Part shown: in pieces, positions 47,801 through 62,120 of the stretch
How the letters are laid out: the number at the start of each line of letters is the position of its first letter
How positions within the stretch are numbered: the first letter of the stretch is position 1
Origin: Azolla caroliniana
Lineage: Eukaryota > Plantae > Polypodiophyta
Reading direction: 5' to 3'
Length of the DNA: 64,000 bases
Assembly: GCA_043228905.1 (NCBI GenBank)
Contig: JBHGNT010000005.1
Coordinates: 8,432,001-8,496,000 of the forward strand
The notes under the pieces: generated by a model
Told to the model about the DNA's origin: nothing
What the model saw: the letters and a program-made list of their open reading frames with translations, nothing else
Databases searched by the model: none
Program-made: the position numbers and the translations under genes

Positions 47801-49899
47801 TTTTATGATCTTAAGATACCGATTACAATCTATGGGATGGGACCGAGCCAATGGGCGGTATCAAGCTTGGGTTATGTACAATGTAAACCACCAAGCCACA
47901 ACCACAAAAGGTTATGGTAGCTTTGTGAGTGAGTGTGCGCGGGTCATGGACCCGTGGTTCATAAGAAAAAGAGCATATTAAATTGGAAAGGAAAGAGAGA
48001 ATGCTAAAGGAAGGGGGGGGGGGGGGGGGCATTAGTTGATGTCGTGCCATGTGTCAAGCAAAGAACTGGTGAAGGGGTCACTTTCATTATTGAGAGTTAT
48101 TTTCTCCTCTCACTTCTTCCTTGGCTCACCTTTTTCCTTTTCATCTTTTTGCTTATGTTTCGCAATTTCTCCCAGTTTTGTTCTTACTAGTATTTCTTTG
48201 GCATCTACGAACCTTTTTCCTGTCATGCTTTTTGTTTTGTTTTGCCCATGTGATTTACTTACCAACCCAGTCCTTTCACACTTCTTCCCTTGTCTCTCCC
48301 TTCTCCATGGGAACATGAGTTTGTTGTCTCTCTCTCTAATGTTTGGCATCTGCCACCATTCATTTACACAATAAAAACCAAAACAATCCCCCCTGCACTG
48401 GAGTCTAGCATTTGCATTCAATTTGTCAGAAATGTCGGCCCCATCTCCAAGGATAATAATGATGACTTTATGAATGAATGAATGTATTACAACAATGTGC
48501 AGCCTCAATCATATGATTGATGGATTCCTTCTATCTAAGAGTCTCGTTAACCAAATAAGCTAACCCACTTACAAGTTCTACAAGTTTGCTAATAAAAGTA
48601 GACTCTTAAATCATGTAATGTTCACACACGGTCTAGTTAAAAGGAGTTTCATTCAGACGAGATTTTGTAAAACAACCGCATACTCACTATTAGGCAAAAG
48701 ACTATGGAAAAGTTGTGTGTTTCTTTTTTCATTGATATAAAGTGTATATATAAACCATTTTGTAGTCTTTCCCTTAACTCAATCTTGTAAGTTTCTTGAT
48801 GGAAACTTGTGGAAAAGATAGCACGTGTCATGTGTACATATGTTGATCTCCACAATTTAGCTCAAAGATATTCACATAAATAAACAAAAATGTAATCAGA
48901 ACTAGGAATGTCATTTCCACTTGATTGGTTTGAAATTTTAAATGCAACTCTATCTATGTAATTGTCACCATTACATAAGTTAATAATGACTTGTACTCTC
49001 AATCATGTGTTCCAATAATTCCATTTAGGGACTAGCAAAAGTAGAGAAAAGTATGGTTTACATAAGCTTTAACCATTACTTACATGAGAAACCTAGTGTT
49101 CAACACCAAGTTGCATTCATGCTTCCATTGGAAGACACATACAATTACTCTACCATCCCCAAAATAGTGAAGAGTTGCTAGACAAGTCCAAGTCATCTTA
49201 TTGCTTTTGAAGTTTCCTTTCTTTATCTCTCTTGGTACATTTGTAGTTTTCCTCTTCACTTTGTATTGTATGTTTCTGCATGGAAAAGTTAATGTATTTC
49301 ATGTGTAAATGCCTTTAAACTCGACGACATGAAATCAAATGTGGAGAACAAGTGAGGCTACCAATTAGCACATTAAGTGCAATTCATATTGAATTTTCAT
49401 GAATCCAAATTAGAATGTTTCGATAAAATATTTTGTTTGTGGTGATACATATACTAAGAAGTCTTCATGTCATCACTATTTGCTAGACATGTTTGTACTG
49501 CTTGCCATATATAATTTCCATTGTCAGACATGTTTCTCATTCATTTATAATGCATTCATGGATTTGTAAAAAAAGCATGATAAAGTATGTCCCCATAATA
49601 AAAGAATGTGCTTTTTCAATCACTTTTCCAAAAATATAACTTCCTTTTTTATTCATTTACTACATTAGAAGTTTAAGTTATCCATGCCAAGCTCCCCGCC
49701 TTATCCTACCATGAATCCTACCATGAACAGCTGTACTCAAAAACAACTAGCCTTGGAAATTTATAGATAGTTGGTGAATAAAATGCATAAGATGGTTGAT
49801 GATATCACATTCATCTCATGTCGAGGTTTAGAAAGTGTTGGAGTTGGTGTTGAATGCAAAAGTACGGTTGTAAAGCTTGGTCACTTTTTGCCAAACTAG

Positions 49900-50630
49900 T
49901 AACTTTTCGTTCATATTTTTGGACGAAAATATGACTTCAAATAAACTAGGCCTTGAATGTGTCCGAATGAGTATGATATAAAAATTTCTATCATTGATGG
50001 TTTCCAAAAATGAATGAATTATATGCAAAAACCAAGGTTCACAATTGATTTTAGGATTCAAAATCTTTTTGCAATAGATATAATCATATATGTCTCAACA
50101 TTCCTTATTTTCTTGTTTATCCACGCTAAAACAATGAATATGGAAATATTCAACCAAGTATATGACTACTTATTTATCTTCTTATATACTTGCATATTTG
50201 GTGCTATTATGAAATGGGCACACAATTTCATGCATGGCAAAGATTTCGCTACATATATCCAAATAGTGATGGTTGGGTGTTCCATCTAGATTAGCATTAA
50301 GGATCAAATTATCTTGTTTCATGAGATGAATAATACCACTACGATATTTGGAGATGTATATGGGCATGAAATACGTATGTAAGTATATAATTTCCATACC
50401 TATTAGAGCCTCTAACAACCTACGTCATATAAGCACAATTTGGACTTTCTCCTTCACTCTTATGTCTCTTTGAAGTACATGTGATTAATCTAAAGGGGAA
50501 GTTTGTCCTTAAGATATAAAGGAAATCACCCGATGAGTTGGTGAAAAGAAACCACCCAATGAGCTGGTGAAGCAAAATCACTCGATATGGGTTGGTGAAA
50601 GGACATCAACTTATGAGTGGTGAACATTGT
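49900..50630 (+). mobile_element. Highly decayed Copia RNase H/PPT/LTR-start remnant
   Basis: PPT-like AAAGGGGAAGTT-TG at 50492-50505 mirrors the A and D junctions and is followed by short tandem repeats. Weak RH-like traces upstream. Confidence 0.4.
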
Positions 50631-53143
50631 GCTACATTGGACGGTACTTATGTCCATAACAATGGCCGACTTCATGTTTTGTTCACTATAACTTGCCTAC
50701 CGTTATCCACCATACTTAAGTAGAGTTTTTGTCGTACAAAATTATCTTTTCATGTAATAGTAAGTGTCACCATGTGGGTCCTATTCGAGTCAAGCAACTC
50801 AATAATCTTTGCAATGTATTGACTGCATAAACCAATAAATTTCAACTTGTATAATAAAGTTTAACCTTCGTATGTACTTCAAACTAGCCAAATTGCTTAA
50901 TACTGTCTTATGGTAAGGATATTCTATTAGCTCCTTGAAATTTGTTAGAACCCCTATGATTAGAGAAAATTTACAAATCACATGAGAAGTTTAAAGATAA
51001 CTTTTCAATCTTGTGTCAGGGATGTGCATTAAAATGAAATATGTGAAAAAAATAGTTTATCACTCATATCTTCATGGTTCTTTAAATAATATGATCACAA
51101 TTGATGACTTGAGGTATAAATTAACCACATACTCACTTCAAAGTTCCACATGAAAATGTCTATGTCATGGATCACTCATTGCAAAGAGCGGGCATTAGGT
51201 ATGGATGAGATTTCATGTTCTTAGTGAGTGTGGATGGACACAACACACTTAAACCATGCAACAATTTGAAAATCTATAAGGTTAACCGATCAACCTTTCC
51301 AAGTTTGAAAGAGACAATAAAAACACTAATATGTTTTAAGGAGTTTATAATCAAGGCCGCGAACAACTTTATGATATGAAAACATATACATATTTCTTTA
51401 TGATATAAAAGGATTTCTCCACTCTTGTGATGTGAAAAGAAATTGGCCCACTATTCTTTAGAGGAGGGTATGAGTAACTGTAGTCCCAAACATAAACTGT
51501 TAGAGAAGGATTTGGAAAGACTTGGCAAATGAAGGAGTTTTGTGCAAGTCGCTGTAATGTTAGATAAGGTTTATTGTGCTCTAAATTTCCATTAAGATTT
51601 TGTAACTTTTCAATTAGAAAAACTTGGCAAATGTAGGAGTTTTGTGCAAGTCACCTTTTCAAATTTGGGGAATGAGCCATTCGAAAGTGGTTTCCGTTTT
51701 GTTTATACCCATATGAAAATATTGTGGATCCAGAAATAACAGTTGAGCTTCAAGAAAATCACCTTTTGTAATAAAATTGTTCTGTTGATAAGATCATTTC
51801 TAGAAATGCAAAAAGGGCAATGGAAACATGAAGTACTAACATATATCAAAATGTATTTTTTGAATTTTCACATATTTCAATGGTTTCCTAGCTCTAAAAC
51901 GAGAAACCTAGCTTTCCAAACAAATTGATTAATCCTCGTTATGGGTATTATAAGCTTGGGAAAAAACTTAGGATATAATCCCTTCCAATTATGTGAACTA
52001 TGTTTTTGAATTGTTAAAGCAATTGTACTAGTTCAAATTAGAAACTCACACCTTGGTGGCGAACCTCAAGTCTTGTTCTTTATAGCATAGTAAGATTAGA
52101 GAACTCTCATTGAACATAAAGTACATTGGTCAAATGTCTCAATTTTAAGGCATTATCTCACAATACTAATAGTTCTCTCACATTATAAATAACATCTTGC
52201 AATTTCTCAAGGCGGCATGATTTGGTCACATAGATTTGTAGTTTTTGGAAATTGATATTTGAGGATCATTAACTTATTAAGTTTGTTATACAAACATTTT
52301 CCTTGATACATAAAGTTGGGGGCAAAAACATGATCAATTATTGATATGGAGTATGAAACATGACCATTTATCCCCAAAAATGGGGTAGGGTTTCTCTTAA
52401 ACTATCCATCGTAAGCTATTAAATTATCATATTTGAATTTAGATTCAATTTAATTATGAGTGATTAAAGCAAATATGCATGTCGAAGTACATGCATACTC
52501 ATAGAAATTAAGATGTTAGGCTTGATGTTAGCAAAGTAATTGACAATGATAAGAAAGTTCCATTAAAATCCATTGAAATGTATTGTACTATTGATGTTAG
52601 AGAGTATTGTCATAGCAAGAAATATGCATCTTTGGTGCATGTTGCATGTGAATGGTTCAATGATACATTGAGTGTTCAAACATATAATATGAAGTATAAA
52701 ATGTAAGGTTGTCAATTGTCGAGGTAGTTTGAAACCTAGTATCTCAAGTCTGGCAGGGCCTTAGAAGATATGCTTGTTAGACTTGAAAAGTAAAGCCTTG
52801 ATTGATGAAATTTCCAAAGTTGCATGATGTTGAGTGTGTCAACTCAACCACACCTTGATGTGTGAAAGTCCACCTACTATATGATGTTCCACTCATCATA
52901 TCGACAAGAGACCAATTGTGATCTATGAGACGAGAGAGAGAGAATTACGCGAGGCTAATAGTCTAACATATTACCACTAGAGTAAGTTAATTACAATAAA
53001 AATCAACAGATAGATAGATTCCATTATCGTCTTTAGAGGTCAAATATGACCTATGAGACAAAAAATATATACATTTCATACGATACTTGTGAAAGTGAGT
53101 AGCGACTCTCAATGTTCAAGAACTTTACCAATGAATGTTGCAA

Positions 53144-53760
53144 TCAAGAGTGCACATTGTGGTTGTGAGAGAAATTCATGCAAGGATTGGGCTTGGTTGA
53201 AGATACGTGGAAAGCATAGCATGGTTGAATATTATCAAAGGCAGAGCATTGTATCAAAGTGTGATACTCAGACTCTCGAACTTGTTTAGGGCAAAGTGTG
53301 CATAGCCAACCATTCTCATCACTTGTGCTCCTAACGCCCCGTCTCACATCACAATGCATGTGAGCTAAGTCGCATGGAAGCAATGGTTCGAATGGCAGAT
53401 AACGGGATGAGCTCTAATATGTATCAATGTGTAAGGTTTCCCCATTCTGCAAATAATATGGTTTTATAGTTAGGTGCAACATGTGTAGTATAATGTGTGA
53501 AGCGTAAGCCTCCACATTTGTTCCATGTCATGATACATTGGCATTGCTAAAAGGCCTCATTTACAGAGGAATCTAGTGATGCATCATGAAGAAATTGTCT
53601 TGCATCTCATCTACCAAACCATTTTTCCACATCTTGCATCCAACCGAAACACAAAAATTTGCTTTTATGCGTCTCTTGGATCTTTTTGTTTGCTTCCAAT
53701 GCAATTCTAGGAAGTCGATGTGAGGGACTTTTTTGAACCTTAAGCATGTATTCAACAACC
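53144..53760 (-). mobile_element. Decayed non-LTR retrotransposon ORF2 C-terminus
   Basis: IASMRLSSHAL*CETGR and LCTLCPKQVRESEYHTLIQC match the RLSSHxLxxETGR...CxxC...ExHxLxxC pattern of LINE C-termini. Confidence 0.65.
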
Positions 53761-54902
53761 ATTTCCATGACCATGACCTCAATGGGAAGCGATCTCATCT
53801 CAAGGAGGAGGGTGTAGAGAGAGTGTGAATGAGATAGAGATTGACAAATAGAGAGAATAACTATGTTTTGTTTTGTAGTGGAAGGCATTTTTTACAGAAA
53901 AAAATGGCACCATACCCAATGATGATGGTGGCGATGAGTGTTGGATGTATGATCATTGATAACTATCTCATCTTACATTTTATGTGAACTATTTCTTTGG
54001 CAAGAATGTTGGGCATGTGTTACCTTTTGTGATGTCTTTAAAATGTCATTGCTTTTAACCTTGAACATATGTCTCTACAATGATTGAGAAAGATGAACTT
54101 ATGAATTCCTTACATGCTTAGTTGATAAAGCCATTCATGTTGTTATGTCATAACATTGGACTTCATCAGCTAGGATAATTCCTCATTCTTTAAATGGGAT
54201 TTGTTCAACAAGCCGTAACTTTCTCTCCTCATCCTATAAAGTAGTGTTGGTTTACCATAGGTATTGGAGTTCCATGGTACAATTCGAATATGAGAAATGG
54301 GTCCTTGTTTAATTATCTCCATGGAGAACTACAAGTAGCAATAAATTGTTGTTCAATTTCAGCTGAACTAAGCCATGAAACCTTGGTTTAACTTGTTCCG
54401 TTTCTTTAGTTTCGAAAACTTGTGAATAGCTCAATTTGGCTTGGGAACTCAAAGGGTTTTGTTTTGTTTTGTTTGAGCCTTTATCAACTTAATGACTTAA
54501 TGGTTTGAGGGAGCATTTTTGAAATATTTATTAAATATATGAATTCACTTTATAGTTTATATAAATCAATGTGTATTATAAAGTTTTAATGTTGAACCCT
54601 AATAATTCATTTAAGTTTTCTTTTTCTTTTGAGTTTAAATATTTAATTGAACATTTGAAAATTGAGTGTAAAGTTGCCAATAATTTCATTGGAGTGAAAC
54701 CACAATTTAACAACTTAATGGTTTCTAAAATTGTTGAGTAACTTGGTTTGAGTTTGAAAATCCCAAAAACAATTTGATTTGAAATGTTTTGGTTTAAGTG
54801 ATTCAAGTTTGAGACTTTGAAACAGAACTAAACCATCGTTGAGTATTGAACACAAGTACATATATGTCGGATGGAAGGAAATTTGAGGACTTGCCTTGTA
54901 TG

Positions 54903-57900
54903 TTTTTTTTTTTTCCAAAATGAAGCTACTTTCCCATTAGTTAGGAAGGATTATTACATAGAGAGTCTATAAGGAGACTTATACACACATCGGGGAGTCT
55001 TCCTCCAATCAAGTAAAAGAAGATGAGCCTACTTACAATGCCTTGCGGCCTAACTTAATGTAAGAAGCTACCTATATCTAAGGCGATGCCCTTCAATGTT
55101 GCCTAGTACGAGTCGGCTCTTGGGGCCTACAACGAAGAGAGGGTGATAGGTGAGTAGGAAACAACCAGCGTGGGGGCTGGTAATTCCACCTCGGGCCACT
55201 CTCGCCTTGCATCGCCATAGGTGTGTTCCGCCATTTCTGCCAAAAGCGCAAACGGGCAGAGACCACGTCATTGGAGTGGCTGCAAATCTCTTCCAGTTGC
55301 CCTCATAGGCAACTAATAATCGCGAACCATATGTCCATGATCACTTCCTCCAGGGGCCGTACCGTACCTTGGAAAACCTTGAGGCAACGCGCTTCCCATA
55401 TATACCACAAGGTGAAACCTGTGATCAGCTTCCAGATTTTTGGAAACCTAGGGGATGCGGGTTGCAAGCCTCTTTCGAAACGGATCTTGACGATTTTGCC
55501 TCTCGTGCATACATAGCACCAACTATCCGCATTGACGGTGTCTGTCCACCCTTCGATCGAGTGATCAATCCATGCCGCAACGCTCCACGAGGCTGTTCCT
55601 TCAACTTGACATGCCGCAAGGAGGCGAGTCACTCTATCCCAGATCTTTTGAGCTTGAGGGCAATCCCACAGACAATGTCTTAGAGTCTCAATAGGTCGAG
55701 ACCACAGTGGGCAGCCTAACGGGCCGCCACGTTTATCTAGCCATTTGCCAACGGGCACCACATTATGACCGACCTGCCACCAAAAGAGCTTGATCTTTTC
55801 AGGCATGTGGAGACACCAAAGACCTTTCCAAAAGGTAATGAGCGCCTCATCGGGGATGCCTAATGTTCGCCAGCCATTGCGAAGGGGGCTGCCTAGTTGC
55901 AACTGCAAAGTCCGACCCAATTTAGTGGTGTAATCGAAGAAGTGATGGAGTCTATCGTCATGTTTCCATCTGAAATCCCTTGGGTCCCAATCTAGACCGA
56001 CAAGGGGGCAATAGCCATATACCCTTAACCTCCAATGGGGTTCCACCTTAGCAACATCCGGGTCTGTCTTCCAGATGTTGTCAACCTGTGCCACCACTCG
56101 GATTGGGTGCCAAGAGCCCCTGCTCTGACTGTCCCTAAAAATTGTATCTCTCCCCGATCCGCTCACACCCTTTAGCGACTTGACCATTCCAACCTCGTCA
56201 AAGAGACCGAACCATGCATGTTCTCTCACCTCCCCCATCGGAACCCTGTCAACTGCCTCAGCTATCAGTCTCCGCATTTTCGTAGCTCCCTTGAGGGGAG
56301 GGAAAATGTCCTCTTGGGCTCTTCCTAAAACAACCATGCGTCTCCAATCCTCTATAGATAGGAGGCCTGTTTGTGCTAGCTTTCCCCATGCTAGGCCCTT
56401 AAGTTGCCCTAGCATCGTGTCGTCACTTGTTCGCACGTGAGGATTCCAGAATAGTGGTTGTCTAGTCCATTCGGTCAATGTCTTCGGGGTGTGTTTGACC
56501 AAATGTTGTCGTAGATGGCACCATGCCCGCAAGATGGAGTTCGCAACCCTGTCCTCCGGATGGCAAGCTAGCTTGGGTGGGACTCCGCTCGTGCAACACC
56601 AAGTCGGGCCAAGGCCTACCATACTTGGGAGTCCCTACTTGCAGCCTGTTGTGAAGTAGTACCTTCCAACACCCCTTGCCTGGTAGGAGGTAGCGAACCA
56701 CCATTTTAGCTAGCAATGAACGACTCTGCATTAAGGGGTCTATGAGGCCAAGCCCCCCTTTGGCCCGCGGTTGTGTTAACCAACACCATGACACTCTAGC
56801 AGCAACCCTTGGGTTGTCCTTACCTGACCATATAAACCCCCTGATGGTAGCCTTAATCGTGTGCAAACCTGCAGGGTCCATAATCCAGCAGGAGACTGAG
56901 TGCCACATGGTAGCGAGCAGCACTTGGTTCGCAACAAGGACCCTACCAGCGAAGGATAGTTTAGATCTACTCCATTGGGTCAACTTCCTATTTATTTTGG
57001 CTTGTACTTGGGCCAATTGCGCTCCCTTGGAGATTGACCTCCCCATCGTAAATCCAAGGTACTTGAACATTGTCCCATCAGGGACCCACATAAAATCGGC
57101 ATGGGGTTGCCATCTTGGTTTCTCTTGTTCGCTGAACCATAGGCCTTGGGTTTTATTCCAATTGATCTTGGCACCAACCACCTGACAAAAGTCCTTGACA
57201 AGATGTTCAGCCCACTGCAAATTCTCCTCATCACCTTGCAAGAAAAGAACCGTATCGTCGGCATATTCAGATAACAACAAATCTTCAGTCGCATTGGGGA
57301 TGGGCAATCCCCGTAGCCCGCTGGTTGGTGCTTGTAAGTAGGCGGAGAAAGCCTCAATGACAAAGAGATAGAGATATGGTGCTAGGGGACAACCTTGCCT
57401 CACTGAGCGTTGTAGTTGGAAGGCGGGTCCCCTAGAACCAGCCATCAACACGCTACTCGTAGTTGTCCGATAGAGTGCAGAAGTGCAATTCCTCCATTTT
57501 TGAGGTAGGCCCAAAGCTCTCATCACATTTTCCAAAAAGGGCCATAACACCCTGTCGTAGGTCTTCTCGAAGTCTAACATCACAATAGCCGAGCTCGATA
57601 TGGAGCGGCTGGCCAATGCCATAGCTTCCCAAAGAAGCAACACATTATCAAAGATACACCTGTTCTTGACAAATCCAGTTTGATTGTCATGTATGATGTC
57701 CGGTAAGAAGCTTGCTAACTGCCGAGCTAGGACTTTAGCGAGTATCTTGTATGCCGTGTTAAGGATCGTGATTGGACGCCATTGGCGCAACTCTAGGCTT
57801 CACTTTGACGCTTTGGGGATGAGATATATCATCCCCTCAGCCAAACGAATTGGCATCTTTCCTAAGGACCAAATCTCTTGAACTCCGGCTTCCAAAGACG

Positions 57901-59232
57901 GGATAACACATTCCTAATGAATCTCGAAGAAATCTCGTGAGAGACCATCGGGGCCGGGGCATGCACCCCTTCGCAATCCCCTAAGTGCCTCCGAGAGTTC
58001 TAAATGAGAGATGGGGCTATCGAGCACAACTTCCATCGCTTGGGTTACCTTGGGGTGAATGCAAGACATCACTCGATCAGCCAGCTCCGTGTGTTGCCTC
58101 ACATGCATAGGTGCGAGGAGGTCACGATAGTATTGTGTTGCCATTTCCAACATCTCAATCTTGTCCTCCGTTATCGAGCCGTCTGGTTTTCGCAACCCTT
58201 GTATACGTCCACCACCACCCTTGGGTGCCTTGTAGTGAAAGAAATGTCGGTTGACCTTGTTGTCTTTTCTAGCCCACCATGCTGTGTTTCTTCGAAACAA
58301 CATTCGGTTCTTCTCCAAAGTCCTTTCCTGTACCTTCATCTTTGCTTCCTCCAGCTTAGCTCTAGACCAAGTGCAACCAGGGTCTACCTGCAGCAGCCGT
58401 TGTGCTGCTGCAACGACCTTCCTTAATTTTGTTTCAATGGCTCTAACCTGTTGGAGGGCGCACTTGGTCTCCTGTTGTAAGGAGGAGGAGAGGGCCAATT
58501 TTTTCTGCAAATCTTCGCTGGTTGATTCACTGCCCATGGTGTCCTGCCATATACTTTGTAAACCGTCCTTCACCTCTTCACTCTTCATGATCTTTGTGGG
58601 GATCTTCACATTGAGACTGCCCTTGCTATCGTTGGGTGGGTTAAGGTTTAGTCTCACCGGCTGATGATCTGAAAAGGTAAGACCTGCCAAGATAGCGAAG
58701 GAGCCCCGAAGCTCTTCAAGGGATGAGCTGATGTATATGCGATCTAGCCGTGCAAGACTACCACCCCTAGCATTCCCGGCGGCTCTAGAAAAGTGCAACG
58801 AATGTGAGCTTCTCCTAAGGGAAGAGCCCCATGTATCCTTCACCCCGATTTTGCTAATTAGGAAAGCCCATGAATCCAACTCTACACCGTAAATAGGCCT
58901 ATGGGTCCCTCATTTCCTATCTCACAGGTGTTCAGTCATGTTGAAATCACCTGCCATTACCCAGGCCTCGGCATCAGGTAATGTTGTTGCTAACATCCTC
59001 CAAAAGATTGCTCTCTCAGGGGCTGAGTTAGGGGCATAAGTGTTTAACACCCCAACCTGTAGGCGATTCCATTTTAGAAGCACGTATAAGGCCCGACCCG
59101 CCACCAACGTGCCAAATGATGTTACTTCGTATCGGGCCTTATCGCTGATCGAGATGCAGACCCCTCCTCTTCGGTGGAGGTCACCCTGTGCAGCTGACCA
59201 CCATGTGGTCCACCCACCCGACAAGGGGATTA
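54903..59232 (-). mobile_element. L1-clade LINE, 5'-truncated, ORF2 disrupted
   Basis: APE endonuclease (NTYAPN, GDFN, RLDR, SDH), RT (PGPDG, WRPITILN, RQGCPL, YADD, GGLG), and a zf-RVT-like ETLRHCLWDC. A T12 tract at 54903-54914 is the putative poly(A). Confidence 0.9.
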
Positions 59233-59379
59233 CCTTGATATAAAATTCTCAGTACAACATGGACAAGGTTTTTTTGTATTTGTATTGGTCTAATCTGATA
59301 GCACACTAGAGGTTTTGCCTTGATATAAAATTCTCAGTACAACATGGACAAGGTTTTTTTGTATTTGTGTTGGTCTAAT
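59233..59379. repeat. 62-bp direct duplication at the LINE 5' junction
   Basis: 59233-59294 and 59318-59379 differ at one base and are separated by a 23-bp spacer. Confidence 0.9.
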
Positions 59380-61279
59380 AAATATACTATTTTTACCATG
59401 AAACTAATTCTAGCACCTCGGTAGTTCTAACTAAACCAATGGATGTTGGTGATCATACTTGAGATGAAACTCAATAATGGAGGACATTGACACTTCAAGG
59501 TTATAGGATATTTGATGGGCATTATTTGTGGAATGAATCAAAGTTTTTAAGTAATGATGTAAATAAGTGAATGGAATTTTGCTTTAAGAAACTTGTTCTT
59601 GAAATGATTCGTGGTATAGTTATAGGTAAAAGTGTATGTTGGTTAGAATATTTTCATATTGGCTTACATCGCAACATTGGATGTGTTTATGGGAATTTGA
59701 TAGTCACAATAGACACATGTAGTAAGGCTTTAGATGTCAATCAATCAATTGAATAAACACAATAAGAGGTGGTCAAACATTCAACCTAGTTGATTATCTC
59801 TAAGTTGAGACATTGTGAGGTACTATATTTGGTACCCCAAAAGAGCAACATGCTTATACTTGGGAAGCCATTATACACATTGTATGGGAGAGAAAAATTT
59901 CCCTTGCTACATATAAGACTACTCGGGATGTATTCGTACTCACCTTATAAATGGGCTAGAAGAGTGAAGAAGACATGCATCATAGGTAACAAGCCTATTT
60001 TTACCAATCAGCATACTTGGTTTATATCTATACCATAACATCTAGACTAAGGTAAACCAAATTATCATCCCAAGAACTAACTATATAGGCGAGTGCCCGT
60101 GATTGAGGACTACCATGGATAACTTATGATAACCTTTTTTGGAATGATAAAAAAATGACACAATGGCTCATTGAAGTTTGAGTATTGATATGTGGCCAAA
60201 TGTTTTTCTAGATTTAGTTGGTTAGTACATAATTCAAAGTTAGTCTATTCAAAACTTCCTTTTAGAAACTAATGTCATTATTAAGTTTGAGTATGAATTG
60301 TTTTGTATGATGTGGGTGACTTGAGTATAATGGATGAGCCCCTAGATTAGGTACAACCAATTCGAACTTGTTGTCAGATAAGATTGTGAGCATGGCAAAT
60401 AGGTTGTGAGGAAAGATCACATCTAGGGTTACAACTCTTTTTTTTTTCATTTATATGAGCATGCAATGACCAATTGTGGAGAGAATTAACGTGTAAGGCA
60501 TGCACATTTATTCATATCTAATGATGGAACACCTAAATTCAACTTTGGAATGAGGGTGGGGAGGATAGTTAAATTAAGTAAACCTAAGCGTTGTAGTGAG
60601 ACTGACATGTCAACACGTGATATTTACATACATACATAATGATAAAAGATGGACTTAATAGGTTTGGCCCTATAGATTATGCTTGTAAAATAACCTATTC
60701 CTTCTCAACCAGATCGTTTACATGTTGTTGAAATGTGTAATTTGGATTTTCATATCCATAATTATGGGTATGCGTATGTACACACACATGCATGTGCTTT
60801 CACATGTGTTGGTTTGTTTGGGCATATCGTTAGCTATAAATGTGTATTTACAATTCACGACTTACAACTTGATTAAGAAAAAAAATCCTCAAAATATGTA
60901 TTTTCATGGAAGTATGTTGGATAACTATGTGTGTGAAACTATGTTATTGAGATATGTCATTTTCTTTTATGTTGTGACAATTGTGGACTTAGTGAAAACA
61001 CCTTGACTTAGCTAATACTTACCGCTACGTTGTCAATGTTTGTAATTCTAAATCAATCCTAATGTCTTGTGAATCTTGTTTGAAATGAGGTGGTGATGTT
61101 GGGGACACATAAAATGACTCTATGAAGATATTGCATTTACAAGATTCAAAAGATTATGTATTGAGCACAAATTATGTTGATGCACATGTGTAAGATTGTT
61201 ATTATAGTTTTCTTTTATGTTTAGTTTATTGTACTCTAGAGGGATAGTAAATCATTGAAGGAGCACATACCTAGTTTTT

Positions 61280-62120
61280 GAAAATTTCTTGGCCAAGCCC
61301 AAGTGGCCTTTTCAACATGACAATTGAATTACCTGAAAGGGAAAAGAAAGAAGCTCATACCGTAATCTTCCTCAAGTTACTTAAACCCCAAGGATAATTC
61401 CTAAATCTCTTCAAAAGGAAAATTTCTTCCTCATACCCTCTGGTATGTAGGTCTCATGCAACATGTATTAATTTCATAGAAGAGAAATAACCTTTTTTGA
61501 AATCAATATCTTGGTAACCTTGATAATCGTGAATTCCCTATTCTTACATTATTGTCTTAAACATCCAAATAAATCCACCGAATCACAAGGTTAACTTACA
61601 AAAACGCATTCCCCAAAACTCATAAAACGTATTGTTGGTGTTGAATTAAATCATTTCAACTTTCTATTGGCATGGATACAATTCAAGCTAGACATGTGAA
61701 AATATTTGAAATTTCATATTTATGGTTGTAATCGTCCATAATGCCTCACTATTTGTATGATTCACTAATGAAATAATAAATTTGTTAGTCCTCAAATGAG
61801 GCATTGGTACACTAATATTATATCATTGTTGATCGATGGCCCCTGCACAAGACTCCTTAATAATGTTTTCTCACAATTTGTTTGCATGAAAATGTGCCAT
61901 GATCCGTCACAATATATCTCATGTGCCAAGGTGTTGATATTATTTACCTTGATTTTCTAGTTTACTCAATAGGGCAAGTATGGGATTGATGTTACTTTCC
62001 TAGAACTAAAAAATATTATTTCTCTAGTTCCTACAATGTTAGAAGATTGTCATGCACTAGGATCATCAAGCTTATATAGTATATTTAGGATCATTGAACT
62101 CCCATTGGAGTTAAAGCATT
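61280..62120 (-). mobile_element. Highly decayed L1-type RT remnant
   Basis: Minus-strand MILNILYKL (~62070-62095) resembles ITILNTAYKIL. QG-PL-like and GxLGL-like traces follow at plausible spacing. Confidence 0.45.

Noticed and set aside
48036-48508. Short ORFs near the poly-G tract
   Set aside because: Low complexity with no splice or domain support. Possibly TE debris, but not assignable.
59400-60500. Possible further LINE 3' remnant
   Set aside because: The motif traces are too weak to support by eye.
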